From an uncultured delta proteobacterium (GTDB lineage: Bacteria > Desulfobacterota > Binatia > UBA9968), in NCBI GenBank assembly GCA_963727625.1, contig CAVSHR010000008.1:345944-409943 (forward strand): DNA of 64,000 bases, read 5' to 3'. This document shows positions 18,138 through 29,199 of the stretch, piece by piece. The stretch's first letter is position 1. The number at the start of each line of letters is the position of its first letter. Below the pieces are notes generated by a model, which was not told the DNA's origin, did no database searches, and saw only the letters and a list, made by a program, of their open reading frames with translations. The position numbers were made by a program, and so were the translations under genes.

Positions 18138-18582
18138 ATGAGACTCGATGATCTAAAACCAGCGACGGGTTCAAACAAAAAACGTAAACGGGTCGGCCGC
18201 GGCGATGGCTCCGGCCATGGCAAAACCTCGTGCCGCGGCCACAAGGGCCAGGGCGCTCGCTCCGGCGGCAATACCAAACCCGGCTTTGAAGGCGGCCAAA
18301 TGCCGTTGCAGCGTCGCTTGCCCAAGCGCGGCTTTCGCAATCCGTTCCGGGTTGAGATGTCGGTGGTGAATCTTGGCCAGATCGAGGCGCTGCCTGCGGG
18401 CAGCGAAGTGACGCCGGAACTTTTGACGCAGCACGGCTTTGTGACTGGCAAGAACCGCCGCGTGAAAGTGCTCGGTGACGGTGCTTTGTCTAAAGCGTTA
18501 ACGGTTCGGGCTCATGGATTTTCCGCCAAGGCGAAAGAAAAGATCGAAGCCGCCGGCGGAAAGGCGGAGTTGATTTCCGTTT

Positions 18583-18590
<8 letters not shown>
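18138..18590 (+). CDS. rplO: 50S ribosomal protein L15
   Basis: [28 protein letters not shown]. Confidence 0.98.
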
Positions 18591-19893
<1,303 letters not shown>

Positions 19894-19899
19894 AACATC

Positions 19900-20565
19900 G
19901 TGACCGCAGGTGCGCGCGTCGTTTTGCTCGGACCGCCCGGGGCCGGAAAAGGAACCCAGGCTAAGCTGCTCCAGGAACAATTTGCCGCCTGCCAAATTTC
20001 GACGGGAGACATTCTGCGCCAAGCCGTAGCGCAGCAAACTCCGCTGGGTCGAGAGGCGGGCCAGTACATCAATCGCGGCGCTCTCGTTCCGGATGGCGTC
20101 ATCGTTAATCTGGTGGCCGAGCGGCTGAAAGAGAAAGACTGCGAGAAGGGGTTTATTCTCGATGGGTTTCCACGGACGATCCCGCAGGCGGAAAGTCTCG
20201 ACGCGATCCTGAGCCGGATGAACTTGAGCCTTAACGGCGTTTTGTCCGTTCAGGTGCCGCGGCAGACCATTATCGAAAGGCTGGCCGGTCGCCGCACCTG
20301 CAAGAGCTGCGGCGCGCTCTGTCACGTGGTTTTCGATCCGCCGACAAAAGCAGGAGTCTGCGACCGCTGCGGCGGCGAGCTATTCCAGCGGGACGACGAT
20401 CGCGAGGAGACGATTGCCAATCGTCTCAAGGTTTACGAGAGCCAGACCGCACCCTTGGTCGGTTATTACCGCGAGCGCGGTTTGCTGCAAGAAATCGATG
20501 GCGTTGGCGCCATCGACGAGATTCGCGCCCGGGTGACCCGGGCGCTGGGAGATCTAGTGGCGTGA
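19900..20565 (+). CDS. adk: adenylate kinase with Zn-LID
   Basis: GPPGAGKGTQA, LDGFPRT, CKSC/CDRC. Confidence 0.98.
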   Translation: MTAGARVVLLGPPGAGKGTQAKLLQEQFAACQISTGDILRQAVAQQTPLGREAGQYINRGALVPDGVIVNLVAERLKEKDCEKGFILDGFPRTIPQAESLDAILSRMNLSLNGVLSVQVPRQTIIERLAGRRTCKSCGALCHVVFDPPTKAGVCDRCGGELFQRDDDREETIANRLKVYESQTAPLVGYYRERGLLQEIDGVGAIDEIRARVTRALGDLVA

Positions 20566-21320
20566 TTTCGCTCAAGTCACCTCGAGAAATCGAGATCATG
20601 AGACGGGCGAACATTATCGTCGCGGAGGTTCTGCAAGAGTTGAAACAGCGCGTCGCACCGGGGGTGACGACGCTCGACTTGGATGCTATCGCCGAGGAGA
20701 TGACGCTTAAGAAAAAAGCGATCCCGGCATTCAAAGGATACGATGTCGCGGGGAGAGTCTATCCGCGCTGTCTATGCGCTTCGGTGAACGACGAAATCGT
20801 CCATGGGATTCCAAGCAACCGAGCGCTGCGCGAGGGCGATATTATCGGTCTCGATTACGGCGTTATCTATGAAGGGTTTTACGGCGATTCGGCGATTACC
20901 GTGGGAATAGGCAAGGTCAGCGACGATGCTCAGCGCTTGATGGATGTAACCGAAGAGTCGCTGTACAAAGGCATCGAACAGCTGCGCGACGGTAAAAGGT
21001 TGGGAGATCTTGGCGCCGCGGTGCAAAAAGTCGCGGAAGGCGCCGGTTATTCCGTCGTTCGCGCGTTTGTCGGCCATGGCATCGGTAAAAAACTGCACGA
21101 AGAGCCGCCGGTGCCCAATTACGGAGAGTCCGACCGCGGGCTTCGACTTAAAGAAGGGATGGTCTTGGCCATCGAGCCGATGGTGAACGCTGGAGGCTAC
21201 GAGGTGGAAATTAAAGAGGACGGTTGGACGGCGGTGACGAAAGATGGTAGCTTAGCTGCCCATTTTGAGCATTCGGTGGCGATTGCCAAGAATGGGCCGT
21301 ATATTTTGAGTCGATTATAG
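20562..21320 (+). CDS. map: methionine aminopeptidase type I
   Basis: HGIP, GHGIG, AIEPM, HFEHS. Confidence 0.98.
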   Translation: MISLKSPREIEIMRRANIIVAEVLQELKQRVAPGVTTLDLDAIAEEMTLKKKAIPAFKGYDVAGRVYPRCLCASVNDEIVHGIPSNRALREGDIIGLDYGVIYEGFYGDSAITVGIGKVSDDAQRLMDVTEESLYKGIEQLRDGKRLGDLGAAVQKVAEGAGYSVVRAFVGHGIGKKLHEEPPVPNYGESDRGLRLKEGMVLAIEPMVNAGGYEVEIKEDGWTAVTKDGSLAAHFEHSVAIAKNGPYILSRL

Positions 21321-21350
21321 TCTCGGGGAGAAGCGCATTAGGCAGGGTTT

Positions 21351-21569
21351 ATGCCAAAAGAAGATTCCATCGAAGTCACTGGCAAGGTTTTGGAGACACT
21401 GCCCAACGCGATGTTTCGGGTGGAGCTGGATAACGGGCATAAAGTGCTCGCTCATATATCCGGCAAGATGCGCATGCATTACATCAAGATCCTCCCCGGC
21501 GACAAAGTGAAAATTGAGCTGTCGCCTTACGACTTGGCGCGGGGACGAATTGTTTTCCGGGAACGATAA
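21351..21569 (+). CDS. infA: translation initiation factor IF-1
   Basis: [21 protein letters not shown]. Confidence 0.99.
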   Translation: MPKEDSIEVTGKVLETLPNAMFRVELDNGHKVLAHISGKMRMHYIKILPGDKVKIELSPYDLARGRIVFRER

Positions 21570-21583
21570 GATGAGGAGCGGCC

Positions 21584-21697
21584 GTGAAAGTCAGAGCATC
21601 GGTTAAAAAGATCTGCAACAAATGCAAAGTCATTCGCCGCAAGGGCGTGGTGCGGGTATTGTGCGAGAATACCAAACACAAGCAGCGGCAAGGCTAA
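21584..21697 (+). CDS. rpmJ: 50S ribosomal protein L36 (not in ORF track)
   Basis: Manual translation [37 protein letters not shown]; GTG after GAGGAG. Confidence 0.98.
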   Translation: MKVRASVKKICNKCKVIRRKGVVRVLCENTKHKQRQG

Positions 21698-21782
21698 AAG
21701 TTGATTTTGGGGTTTAATAAGAACGATTATCTGGAACCTGTTAGAGCGCGTTTCGGAGTGAAGCCGCGAACGGAGTAACGAT

Positions 21783-22166
21783 ATGGCACGTATTGCAGGT
21801 GTGGACTTGCCGAAAAGCAAGAGAATGGAAATCGCGCTGACGTATATTTACGGCATCGGCCGCAACTCGTCGCGTGATATCCTCGACAAAGCCGGTATTT
21901 CGCTGAATCTCAAGAGCGATGATTTGAGCGACGACGATGTCGCTAAAATCCGCCAAATCATGGATCAGAGTTGCAAGGTCGAAGGCGATCTCAGGCGCGA
22001 CGTAACGGCGAATATCAAGCGCCACCTCGACATGGGGTCGTACCGCGGCTTGCGTCACCGCAAAAATTTGCCGGTGCGCGGCCAGCGTACGCACACCAAC
22101 GCGCGCACCCGAAAAGGGCCGCGCAGAACCGTCGCGGGCAAAAAGCCGGCGCCGTCGAAGGGCTAA
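21783..22166 (+). CDS. rpsM: 30S ribosomal protein S13
   Basis: [24 protein letters not shown]. Confidence 0.99.
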   Translation: MARIAGVDLPKSKRMEIALTYIYGIGRNSSRDILDKAGISLNLKSDDLSDDDVAKIRQIMDQSCKVEGDLRRDVTANIKRHLDMGSYRGLRHRKNLPVRGQRTHTNARTRKGPRRTVAGKKPAPSKG

Positions 22167-22177
22167 AGGAGAAGATA

Positions 22178-22618
22178 ATGGCAGAGGCCGGCGACGAGAA
22201 ACCGAAGGCTGAAGGACAAGCGGACGCCAAGGCCGCCGAGCGGGCGGCGCGCCGCAAACGCGGCCGCAAGAATATCGCTGAAGGAGTGGTGCATATCCAC
22301 TCGACGTTTAACAACACGATCGTCACGATCACGGATTATCAGGGCAACGTGATATCCTGGTCCAGCGCCGGCGCGATGGGCTTCAAGGGCTCGCGCAAGG
22401 GAACCCCGTTCGCGGCCCAGCAGGCGGCCGACAGCGCCGCAAAAAAAGCCATGGATCACGGCTTGCGCAGCGTGCAAATTTTCGTGCGCGGGCCGGGAGC
22501 GGGCCGGGAATCAGCGCTGCGTGCGCTGCAATCGGCGGGCATCAACATCAGCTTGATAAAAGACGTCACGCCGATCCCGCATAACGGTTGCCGGCCGCCG
22601 AAACGACGACGCGTTTGA
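22178..22618 (+). CDS. rpsK: 30S ribosomal protein S11
   Basis: [30 protein letters not shown]; ATG 22178 after AAGGAG. Confidence 0.99.
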   Translation: MAEAGDEKPKAEGQADAKAAERAARRKRGRKNIAEGVVHIHSTFNNTIVTITDYQGNVISWSSAGAMGFKGSRKGTPFAAQQAADSAAKKAMDHGLRSVQIFVRGPGAGRESALRALQSAGINISLIKDVTPIPHNGCRPPKRRRV

Positions 22619-22639
22619 TGATTATTAGGAGGAAGAAGA

Positions 22640-23266
22640 TTGGCTAGATACACAGATTCTGTTTGCCGGCTGTGCAGGCGCGAAAACTTGAAGCTTTTTC
22701 TCAAGGGTGAGCGCTGCTACACCGACAAATGCGCGATTGAAAGACGTAATTACCCCCCCGGGGAGCATGGCCAGGGCAGGCCGAAGTTTTCGGAGTACAG
22801 CATTCAGCTGCGGGAAAAGCAAAAGGTCAAGCGCATGTACGGCCTGTTGGAAAAGCAATTTCGCCGCACTTTCGCCGAGGCCGCACGAACCAAGGGGATT
22901 ACCGGCGAGACCTTATTAACCCTGCTCGAACGCCGTCTGGACAGCGTGTCTTACCGGATCGGGTTTGCCAGTTCGCGCGCCGAGGCGAGAACTTTGGTTC
23001 GGCATGGCCATATCCATGTCAATGGCAAGAAGATCAACATCCCTTCCTACACCGTCCGTGCCGGCGACGTGATTTCGGTCAAAGAGAAAAGCCGTCAGAT
23101 CTCGCGGGTGGTATCGGCCATGGAAGGGTCGCAACGGCGTGGCGTGCCCGACTGGGCGGAAGTGGATCGCGAAGCGTTCAGCGGCAGGATAAAGATTCTG
23201 CCGTCGCGCGGCGATGTCACCATGCCCATCAATGAAAAACTGATCGTCGAATTGTATTCGAAATGA
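22640..23266 (+). CDS. rpsD: 30S ribosomal protein S4
   Basis: CRLCRRE, QLREKQK, LERRLD; TTG start. Confidence 0.99.
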   Translation: MARYTDSVCRLCRRENLKLFLKGERCYTDKCAIERRNYPPGEHGQGRPKFSEYSIQLREKQKVKRMYGLLEKQFRRTFAEAARTKGITGETLLTLLERRLDSVSYRIGFASSRAEARTLVRHGHIHVNGKKINIPSYTVRAGDVISVKEKSRQISRVVSAMEGSQRRGVPDWAEVDREAFSGRIKILPSRGDVTMPINEKLIVELYSK

Positions 23267-23286
23267 GTTCGATATTGGGAGACGCT

Positions 23287-24315
23287 ATGTCGACAATGTA
23301 CAAGCATTGGACGGAAATGATCAAACCCAAACAATTGGAGGTAGAAGAGAAAACTCTGACCCCAACCTATGGTAAATTTTACGCGGAGCCCTTTGAGCGC
23401 GGCTTCGGCCAAACGGTCGGTAATTCGCTGCGGCGTATTCTCTTGTCCTCGCTTATGGGCGCGTCCATTGTCGCCGTGCGCATCAAGGGTATCCTGCACG
23501 AATTCTCCACCGTGCCCGGCGTGACCGAGGACGTCGCCGATATTATTCTGAATCTCAAAGAAATCCGCCTGCGGATCAACGATAGCGAGCAACAGACCCT
23601 TAAGATCGAAGCCAAAGGTCCGGGGACTATTTATGCCAAGGATATTATTGCGCCCCCTTCGGTCGAGATTCTTAATCCCGACCATAAGATCGCCACGCTT
23701 TCGCGCGATGCCAAGCTGGAAGTCGAGTTGCTCGCCAAGCTCGGCCGCGGCTACGTTCCGGCGGAGCGCAACAAGGAAGAGGGCGCGCCGGTGGACACGA
23801 TCTTTATCGACGCGATCTTCTCGCCCGTGCAAAAGGTGAATTTCAACGTCACTAACGCGCGCGTCGGCCAGCGCACCGATTACGACCGAGTGGTGTTCGA
23901 GGTCCATACCGACGGCAGCGTCAAGCCGGACGACGCGATGGCCTATGCCGCCAAGATTCTTCAGGACCAAGTGAGCATCTTCGTCAACTTTCAGGAAGAA
24001 CCGCGCGCGGAGAAAAAAGACGACGGCCCGCCGGTGCCGCTCAACGAAAATTTATTTCGCAGCGTCGATGAGCTCGAGTTTTCAGTGCGTTCGCAGAACT
24101 GTCTGCAGAATGCCGACATCAAATATATCGGCGAGCTGGTGCAAAAGAGCGAACAAGAGATGCTGCGCACCAAGAATTTCGGCCATAAGTCGCTCAATGA
24201 AATCAAAGAAATTCTCAAAGAAATGGGTCTTGAGCTGGGCATGAAGGTCGATCACTTTCCTTCGCGCGAAGAGATCGACGCCCGCAAACGGGCCGCTGAG
24301 AAGGAGCCAGTCTAG
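23287..24315 (+). CDS. rpoA: RNA polymerase alpha subunit
   Basis: [27 protein letters not shown]. Confidence 0.99.
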   Translation: MSTMYKHWTEMIKPKQLEVEEKTLTPTYGKFYAEPFERGFGQTVGNSLRRILLSSLMGASIVAVRIKGILHEFSTVPGVTEDVADIILNLKEIRLRINDSEQQTLKIEAKGPGTIYAKDIIAPPSVEILNPDHKIATLSRDAKLEVELLAKLGRGYVPAERNKEEGAPVDTIFIDAIFSPVQKVNFNVTNARVGQRTDYDRVVFEVHTDGSVKPDDAMAYAAKILQDQVSIFVNFQEEPRAEKKDDGPPVPLNENLFRSVDELEFSVRSQNCLQNADIKYIGELVQKSEQEMLRTKNFGHKSLNEIKEILKEMGLELGMKVDHFPSREEIDARKRAAEKEPV

Positions 24316-24318
24316 GCC

Positions 24319-24765
24319 ATGCGCCATCAAAAATCAGGAAGACAATTGAGTCGGAATTCAGCGCACCGCTGGGCGCTGATGCGCAACCTTATCACCGCGC
24401 TGTTGCGCGAGGAAAAGATCAAAACCACCGACCCCAAGGCCAAAGAACTGCGTCGCTGGGTCGATCGTGTGATCACTCTCGGTAAACAAGGTACCCTGCA
24501 CGCGCGCCGGCAAGTTTTGAGCATCGTCCTGGACAAGGCCGTGGTGCGAAAGCTTTTTGATTCGATCGGACCGCGCTTCAAAGACCGGCCAGGCGGTTAC
24601 ACGCGCATCATCAAGCTCGGCATCCGGCGCGGCGACGCAGCGCAGATGTCTTTGATCGAGCTGGTCGGAGCCGAAGGCGCTGCCTCGGAAGCGTCCAAAG
24701 GCGGCGCGAAGAAAGGCCGCAGAGCACGGCGCCGACCGGCACAGCAGCAAGAAGCAGCCGCTTAG
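24319..24765 (+). CDS. rplQ: 50S ribosomal protein L17
   Basis: MRHQK, RPGGYTRIIK. Confidence 0.99.
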   Translation: MRHQKSGRQLSRNSAHRWALMRNLITALLREEKIKTTDPKAKELRRWVDRVITLGKQGTLHARRQVLSIVLDKAVVRKLFDSIGPRFKDRPGGYTRIIKLGIRRGDAAQMSLIELVGAEGAASEASKGGAKKGRRARRRPAQQQEAAA

Positions 24766-24789
24766 ATTTTGCTTAAACTCGCCGCAACA

Positions 24790-24836
24790 AACGGCCCGCG
24801 CGTGATTCGCAAGAATCCGGCGGGCTGTTCCATTTT
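24790..24836 (+). terminator. hairpin after rplQ, probable operon terminator
   Basis: AACGGCCCGC...GATTC-GCAA-GAATC...GCGGGCTGTT then CCATTTT. Confidence 0.5.
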
Positions 24837-25269
24837 CCGCGACATTGCAGTACTCATGTCAAGAAATCACTGACAAGCTAATCGGCAACGCGACACTTCG
24901 CTTCGAAGAAAAAAAATGTCAGGCGGTTGAGAAAATTGGGAGGGCGTGCCCGCGTCAAATTTCTACAAGTTGACGATCACCCGCAGATTTGTTGCCAGTC
25001 CGGTATACGACGGGCGCGTAATGACACAGCCGGGTCTTCGAAACGCGACCCTGTTTCCACCGCGCTCTAAACTCTCTTTCCGAGGGGTTAGCCCCCCGAG
25101 CAAAAGGCTTGCCTGACGGGGCGCGCATGAGGAGGTCGGAGATTGATCTAAGGCCATGAATATGGATTTAGTTCGGTTGTATGGTATGTAAATTAGAGGG
25201 TTTCTCATTCGGCAGCTTCGATCGACGAAGTGAGTCGGTGATTTACCGAAACTAGAAAGGTCATGACTG

Positions 25270-25995
25270 GTGGAACGACGGCATTTGCTGATCATCGGCG
25301 CGCCTCGCTCGGGCACAACGCTGCTTGCGACGATAATTAGCCGGCATACGGAAATTGGTGTTTTGAATGAGGATAAGGGATGGGCGCTGCGGCGTTTGCT
25401 CGGCAAGGCGATCGTCGGCAATAAGCGTTGCATCCCCAATCAGATAGAAATTAAAAAGCGCAATCGGTTCCATATTCGCCTTTGGAAAAGGCTTGGGTTG
25501 GCCAAAGAATACCCAACATCGCAGTTTTCTATCGAGGAGTACTTGACGCTGCCGCATATCCAAGTGATTGCGCTTATCCGGGATGGTAATGATGCCATTT
25601 TATCCGGCATGCGCCGCGGTAAGAAGAATTTTCGCGGTGCAGCATACCGATGGTGCCGGGCCGTTGAAATCATCCACGAGATCAAATCACGATATCCCGA
25701 GCAGGTGCTGGTGGTATCCTTCGAAGATCTCGTGTTGCGTCCTACACAAAACATCAAGCGAATCGCCAGATTCCTCAAAGTCGAGTACCAAGAACGCATG
25801 CTAGAGGGACCGGTCTACAACCCCTGGTATCCCGAAAGCGGCATGAATGAAAACAAAGTCAATCGTTCAAAAAAGGAACAGATCGACTTTAAAATCCCGG
25901 AGCGCTTCCCCGCCGCCGAACGCCAGTACCGAGAACTATTGCGCCTATGCGATATTGTCGAGGTCACAGATGCACCGAAGGTAGTACACGGTTGA
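25270..25995 (+). CDS. sulfotransferase family protein
   Basis: 5'-PSB loop GAPRSGTT, IRDG..AILS, VSFEDLV. Confidence 0.85.
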   Translation: MERRHLLIIGAPRSGTTLLATIISRHTEIGVLNEDKGWALRRLLGKAIVGNKRCIPNQIEIKKRNRFHIRLWKRLGLAKEYPTSQFSIEEYLTLPHIQVIALIRDGNDAILSGMRRGKKNFRGAAYRWCRAVEIIHEIKSRYPEQVLVVSFEDLVLRPTQNIKRIARFLKVEYQERMLEGPVYNPWYPESGMNENKVNRSKKEQIDFKIPERFPAAERQYRELLRLCDIVEVTDAPKVVHG

Positions 25996-26180
25996 TCTTC
26001 TGCCGAGACCGGTTGTTATCCCAGGCTAAGGACGCTTCCGAGTCAAGCGTGACTTTTGCTATTTGGCGGCGGGCCATGCTGGAGCACAGAGCCTTCTAGC
26101 GTGCCAGCCGGTAGTTTGCGCCGGAAAGCACAGAGGCGACGAGTACTATACATCGATTAGTCAAATTGAAGGGATCGCGA

Positions 26181-26756
26181 ATGAATGGCCTGGTTAGACT
26201 CATTTTAATGCTAATGATGATCCTAACGCTTGCTACGTGTTGGAAAGCACCAACCACGACACAGTCGTCGGTCGCAAGAGGAAAATATTTAGTTGTCCTA
26301 GCGGGCTGTAACGACTGTCATACGCCGAAAATTCCCGGGCCGAACGGCGCGCCCGTGCCGGACAACTCGAAGCTCCTGGCCGGCCATTTGGAGAAAACCC
26401 CGGTGCCGTCGTGGTCGCCGGAGGATGCCAAAGATAAGGGCGTGGTCGCGGCGACGAATGGTTCGCTTACCGCCTGGGCGGGTCCGTGGGGCGTAAGCTT
26501 CGCGATCAATCTGACTCCGGACAAGGCCACGGGCATCGGCGAGTGGAGCGAGGAAATGTTCATTGAGATGGCGCGCACCGGCAAACATCAAGGCCAGCCC
26601 ACCGGCCGGGAAATTTTACCGCCCATGCCCTGGTTCAACATGAAGGATCTGACCGACGCCGACTTGAAGGCGATCTGGGCTTATCTGAGAAGCTTGCCGC
26701 CGGTGACCAACCCAGTGCCGCTGCCGATCCTGCCCACGGCGACCGCGCCAAAATAA
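26181..26756 (+). CDS. exported/lipoprotein monoheme c-type cytochrome
   Basis: Signal ending LATC, CNDCH heme motif, NLTPD..TGIGEWS, PPMPW. Confidence 0.88.
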   Translation: MNGLVRLILMLMMILTLATCWKAPTTTQSSVARGKYLVVLAGCNDCHTPKIPGPNGAPVPDNSKLLAGHLEKTPVPSWSPEDAKDKGVVAATNGSLTAWAGPWGVSFAINLTPDKATGIGEWSEEMFIEMARTGKHQGQPTGREILPPMPWFNMKDLTDADLKAIWAYLRSLPPVTNPVPLPILPTATAPK

Positions 26757-26944
26757 ATCCATAGGTGCTTTGGAGACTGGCGCGTCGCAGTCAGTTTCTG
26801 CCGACTTTGAGATGCGGTCATTGAGCATCGTTCATGGTTCGCCCTAATGGGCCGGCGAAAGTGGCGATAATTTCCCGCACGCGGCTGCTTGAACAATTTC
26901 CCAGCGTTCTTTTGTTAGCCAAACAGTCGTGATATTTAAGCCAC

Positions 26945-27325
26945 GTGGACCAGGATCCGACTGGCATGTTGCGCCGCTCGCTGAATGATTTTTTAAGCTT
27001 CGAGCTCGATGAAGCCGCGCTGGAGCGACTTTCCTGGCGCGACTTCGGCAACGGTCTCTCAATGGCTCGTCTGGCGCGCGTGGATCAGCGTGAGTTGGTT
27101 CTCTACCGAATCCGCGCGGGCGCGGCAACGGACGCGTTTTTAAAGCATGAACATATCGGCGGCGAGTTCTATCTGGTGCTCAAAGGCAAGATCGCCGACG
27201 AGATCGGTGAGTACGCCAAGGGTGATCTGGTATTTTTAGATCCGCGCTCGATGCACACGCCGCGGGCGGTCGGCGAGACGGTGGTGCTGGTGTTATGGCC
27301 AGCCGGTGTGCGCATCGTCGATTAA
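26945..27325 (+). CDS. cupin domain protein (ChrR-like)
   Basis: HEH.GGEFYLVLKG...GD....P.SMHTP. Confidence 0.8.
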   Translation: MDQDPTGMLRRSLNDFLSFELDEAALERLSWRDFGNGLSMARLARVDQRELVLYRIRAGAATDAFLKHEHIGGEFYLVLKGKIADEIGEYAKGDLVFLDPRSMHTPRAVGETVVLVLWPAGVRIVD

Positions 27326-27362
27326 CGGACTCAATTCGATCAAACGAACATCAGGAGGGAAA

Positions 27363-28247
27363 ATGAAAAATCTAGGATTCATCGGTACCGGCGGCATGGG
27401 CAGCGGCATGGCGGCCAACCTGATCAAGGCGGGCAACAAACTGGTTATCAACGACCTGCGCCGCGAGCAGTGCAAGGGGCTAGAGAGCCAGGGCGCGGTC
27501 TATAAAGAATCGCCCAAAGCTGTGGCCGAGTCCTGTGAAATCGTATTGTCCATGCTTCCTTACAATGAAGCGGTGCGCGCGGTTGGGCTCGGCAACGGCG
27601 GGCTCCATGAAGCGAGCAGCGGGGCGAAGCTATGGATCGATTTCAGCAGCATCGATAAGAAAACCATCGTCGGCGTCAGCGCCGAGCTGGCCAAAAAAGG
27701 CTGGACCGTCGTCGATGGCTCGGCGGGCGGTGTCGAGGAGGCCGCGGCGGCGGGCACTTTGTCGCTTTGGCTGTCGGGATCCAAAGCGGTTTTTGACGAG
27801 AACCAGGCGGTGTTCAAGGCGATGGGAAACAAAGTGCTTTACGTCGGCGAGTTGGGCAACGCCAAGCTGGTGAAGAACGCCATGGCGATGTTTGCCGCGG
27901 TGACCCATTTGACACTAGCTGAAATTTGCTCGTGGTTAAAAAAGGGTGGACTCAGCGAAGAAACCTTTCGTACGATTCTGAAAAATTCCGCACAGGACTC
28001 CGTGGCCATCGACCGGATCATGGAAATTGTTGTCAGCCGCAACTACAAACCGCGCAAGTCCTGGATGCCGAAGGACGTCGGTTTCGGCCTGGACATGGCG
28101 CGCGAGATGGAAGTACCGATGCCGTTCGTTGCCCTGGCATACCAATTGTTTTCGATCGCCCAGGCCACCGGCATGGACGGCTACGAAGCCACCGGCATTG
28201 CCTGCAACGTTTACGATGTCATCACCGGGCAGAAGCGGGGTGTCTGA
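27363..28247 (+). CDS. NAD(P)-dependent beta-hydroxyacid dehydrogenase family protein
   Basis: GFIGTGGMGSGMA Rossmann motif, AKLVKN lysine, KDVG..LD; RBS AGGAGG. Confidence 0.9.
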   Translation: MKNLGFIGTGGMGSGMAANLIKAGNKLVINDLRREQCKGLESQGAVYKESPKAVAESCEIVLSMLPYNEAVRAVGLGNGGLHEASSGAKLWIDFSSIDKKTIVGVSAELAKKGWTVVDGSAGGVEEAAAAGTLSLWLSGSKAVFDENQAVFKAMGNKVLYVGELGNAKLVKNAMAMFAAVTHLTLAEICSWLKKGGLSEETFRTILKNSAQDSVAIDRIMEIVVSRNYKPRKSWMPKDVGFGLDMAREMEVPMPFVALAYQLFSIAQATGMDGYEATGIACNVYDVITGQKRGV

Positions 28248-28251
28248 GGAG

Positions 28252-28791
28252 ATGGCCGGTCTACCGCATGAACGCATTTCCCGGTTTCTCACTTATCTTT
28301 TGCGCCACCGGCCCAAGGAGTATCCGCTGGTTTTCGATAAGCGCGGCTTTGTCGACTGGGGCGATGTCGTCGAAATGGTCCAAGAGCGTTTCTATGACGT
28401 CACCGAAGCGCAGGTCCACACCGCAGTCAGCGATTCGGAGAAGCAGCGTTTCGAGTTGATCGACGGCAAAGTACGCGCCACCTACGGCCATTCCTTCCCC
28501 ATCGATCTTGCCGACAACGCCACCGAACCGCCTCCGAGACTTTACTGCGGCGCAGCGCGGGATTTGGCGCGGTCCATGCTGCGCAACGGCCTCAATCCGC
28601 GCGATCGCCAATACGTCCATCTCAGTCTGACTGCGGAAGAAGCTGAATCAGTGGCTCGGCGCCACGATCCCGCGCCGGCTCTTTTGATCGTTGACGCCCA
28701 GGCCGCGCACGACGACGGAGTTGTGTTCTATCAGTCCGGACCGTTATTTTTGGCGGAAAGCATTCCGGCAAAGTTTTTGTCGCTCAGGTAA
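28252..28791 (+). CDS. kptA: RNA 2'-phosphotransferase Tpt1/KptA family
   Basis: SRFLTYLLRH, KQRF, RATYGHS, RQYVHLS. Confidence 0.88.
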   Translation: MAGLPHERISRFLTYLLRHRPKEYPLVFDKRGFVDWGDVVEMVQERFYDVTEAQVHTAVSDSEKQRFELIDGKVRATYGHSFPIDLADNATEPPPRLYCGAARDLARSMLRNGLNPRDRQYVHLSLTAEEAESVARRHDPAPALLIVDAQAAHDDGVVFYQSGPLFLAESIPAKFLSLR

Positions 28792-29199
28792 TCGAGCGTT
28801 AGGCTTTGAAGCGCGGCGAACCAGAAAGGATCTCGGCATACCCAGCGGACGGCGGCGTGTCGTCATAGGCCGCGGCAGGGCTGGCCCCAGTAAAAATCAA
28901 GCGGCCCTCCTTGCTAGTTTCATCGGTGCTCGGCCCGTTTGGGTGCGCGGTCAGGTTTCCGGCCTAGCTTCGCGCCAGTGTTTAGGAAAGTTGTTCGATC
29001 CTAGTTACCTCGGCGGGAGCGTTCGGTTTGGCGGTTACCGCGCTATGTTTGAGATCCCAAGGGCGGCTCGCCGCCGGATTGCACGCCATAAATCATTACG
29101 TTAAAGTAACTTCGAAGCAGCCATCGTTTCCGCTTTCGTTAGGGAAGTTGCCCGATCGCGGCTCCTAAGCCCGACACAGACCTAACTATAACAAAATAA

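Noticed and set aside
24837-25269. Possible riboswitch or sRNA upstream of the sulfotransferase
   Set aside because: Some hairpin potential but no recognisable family consensus.
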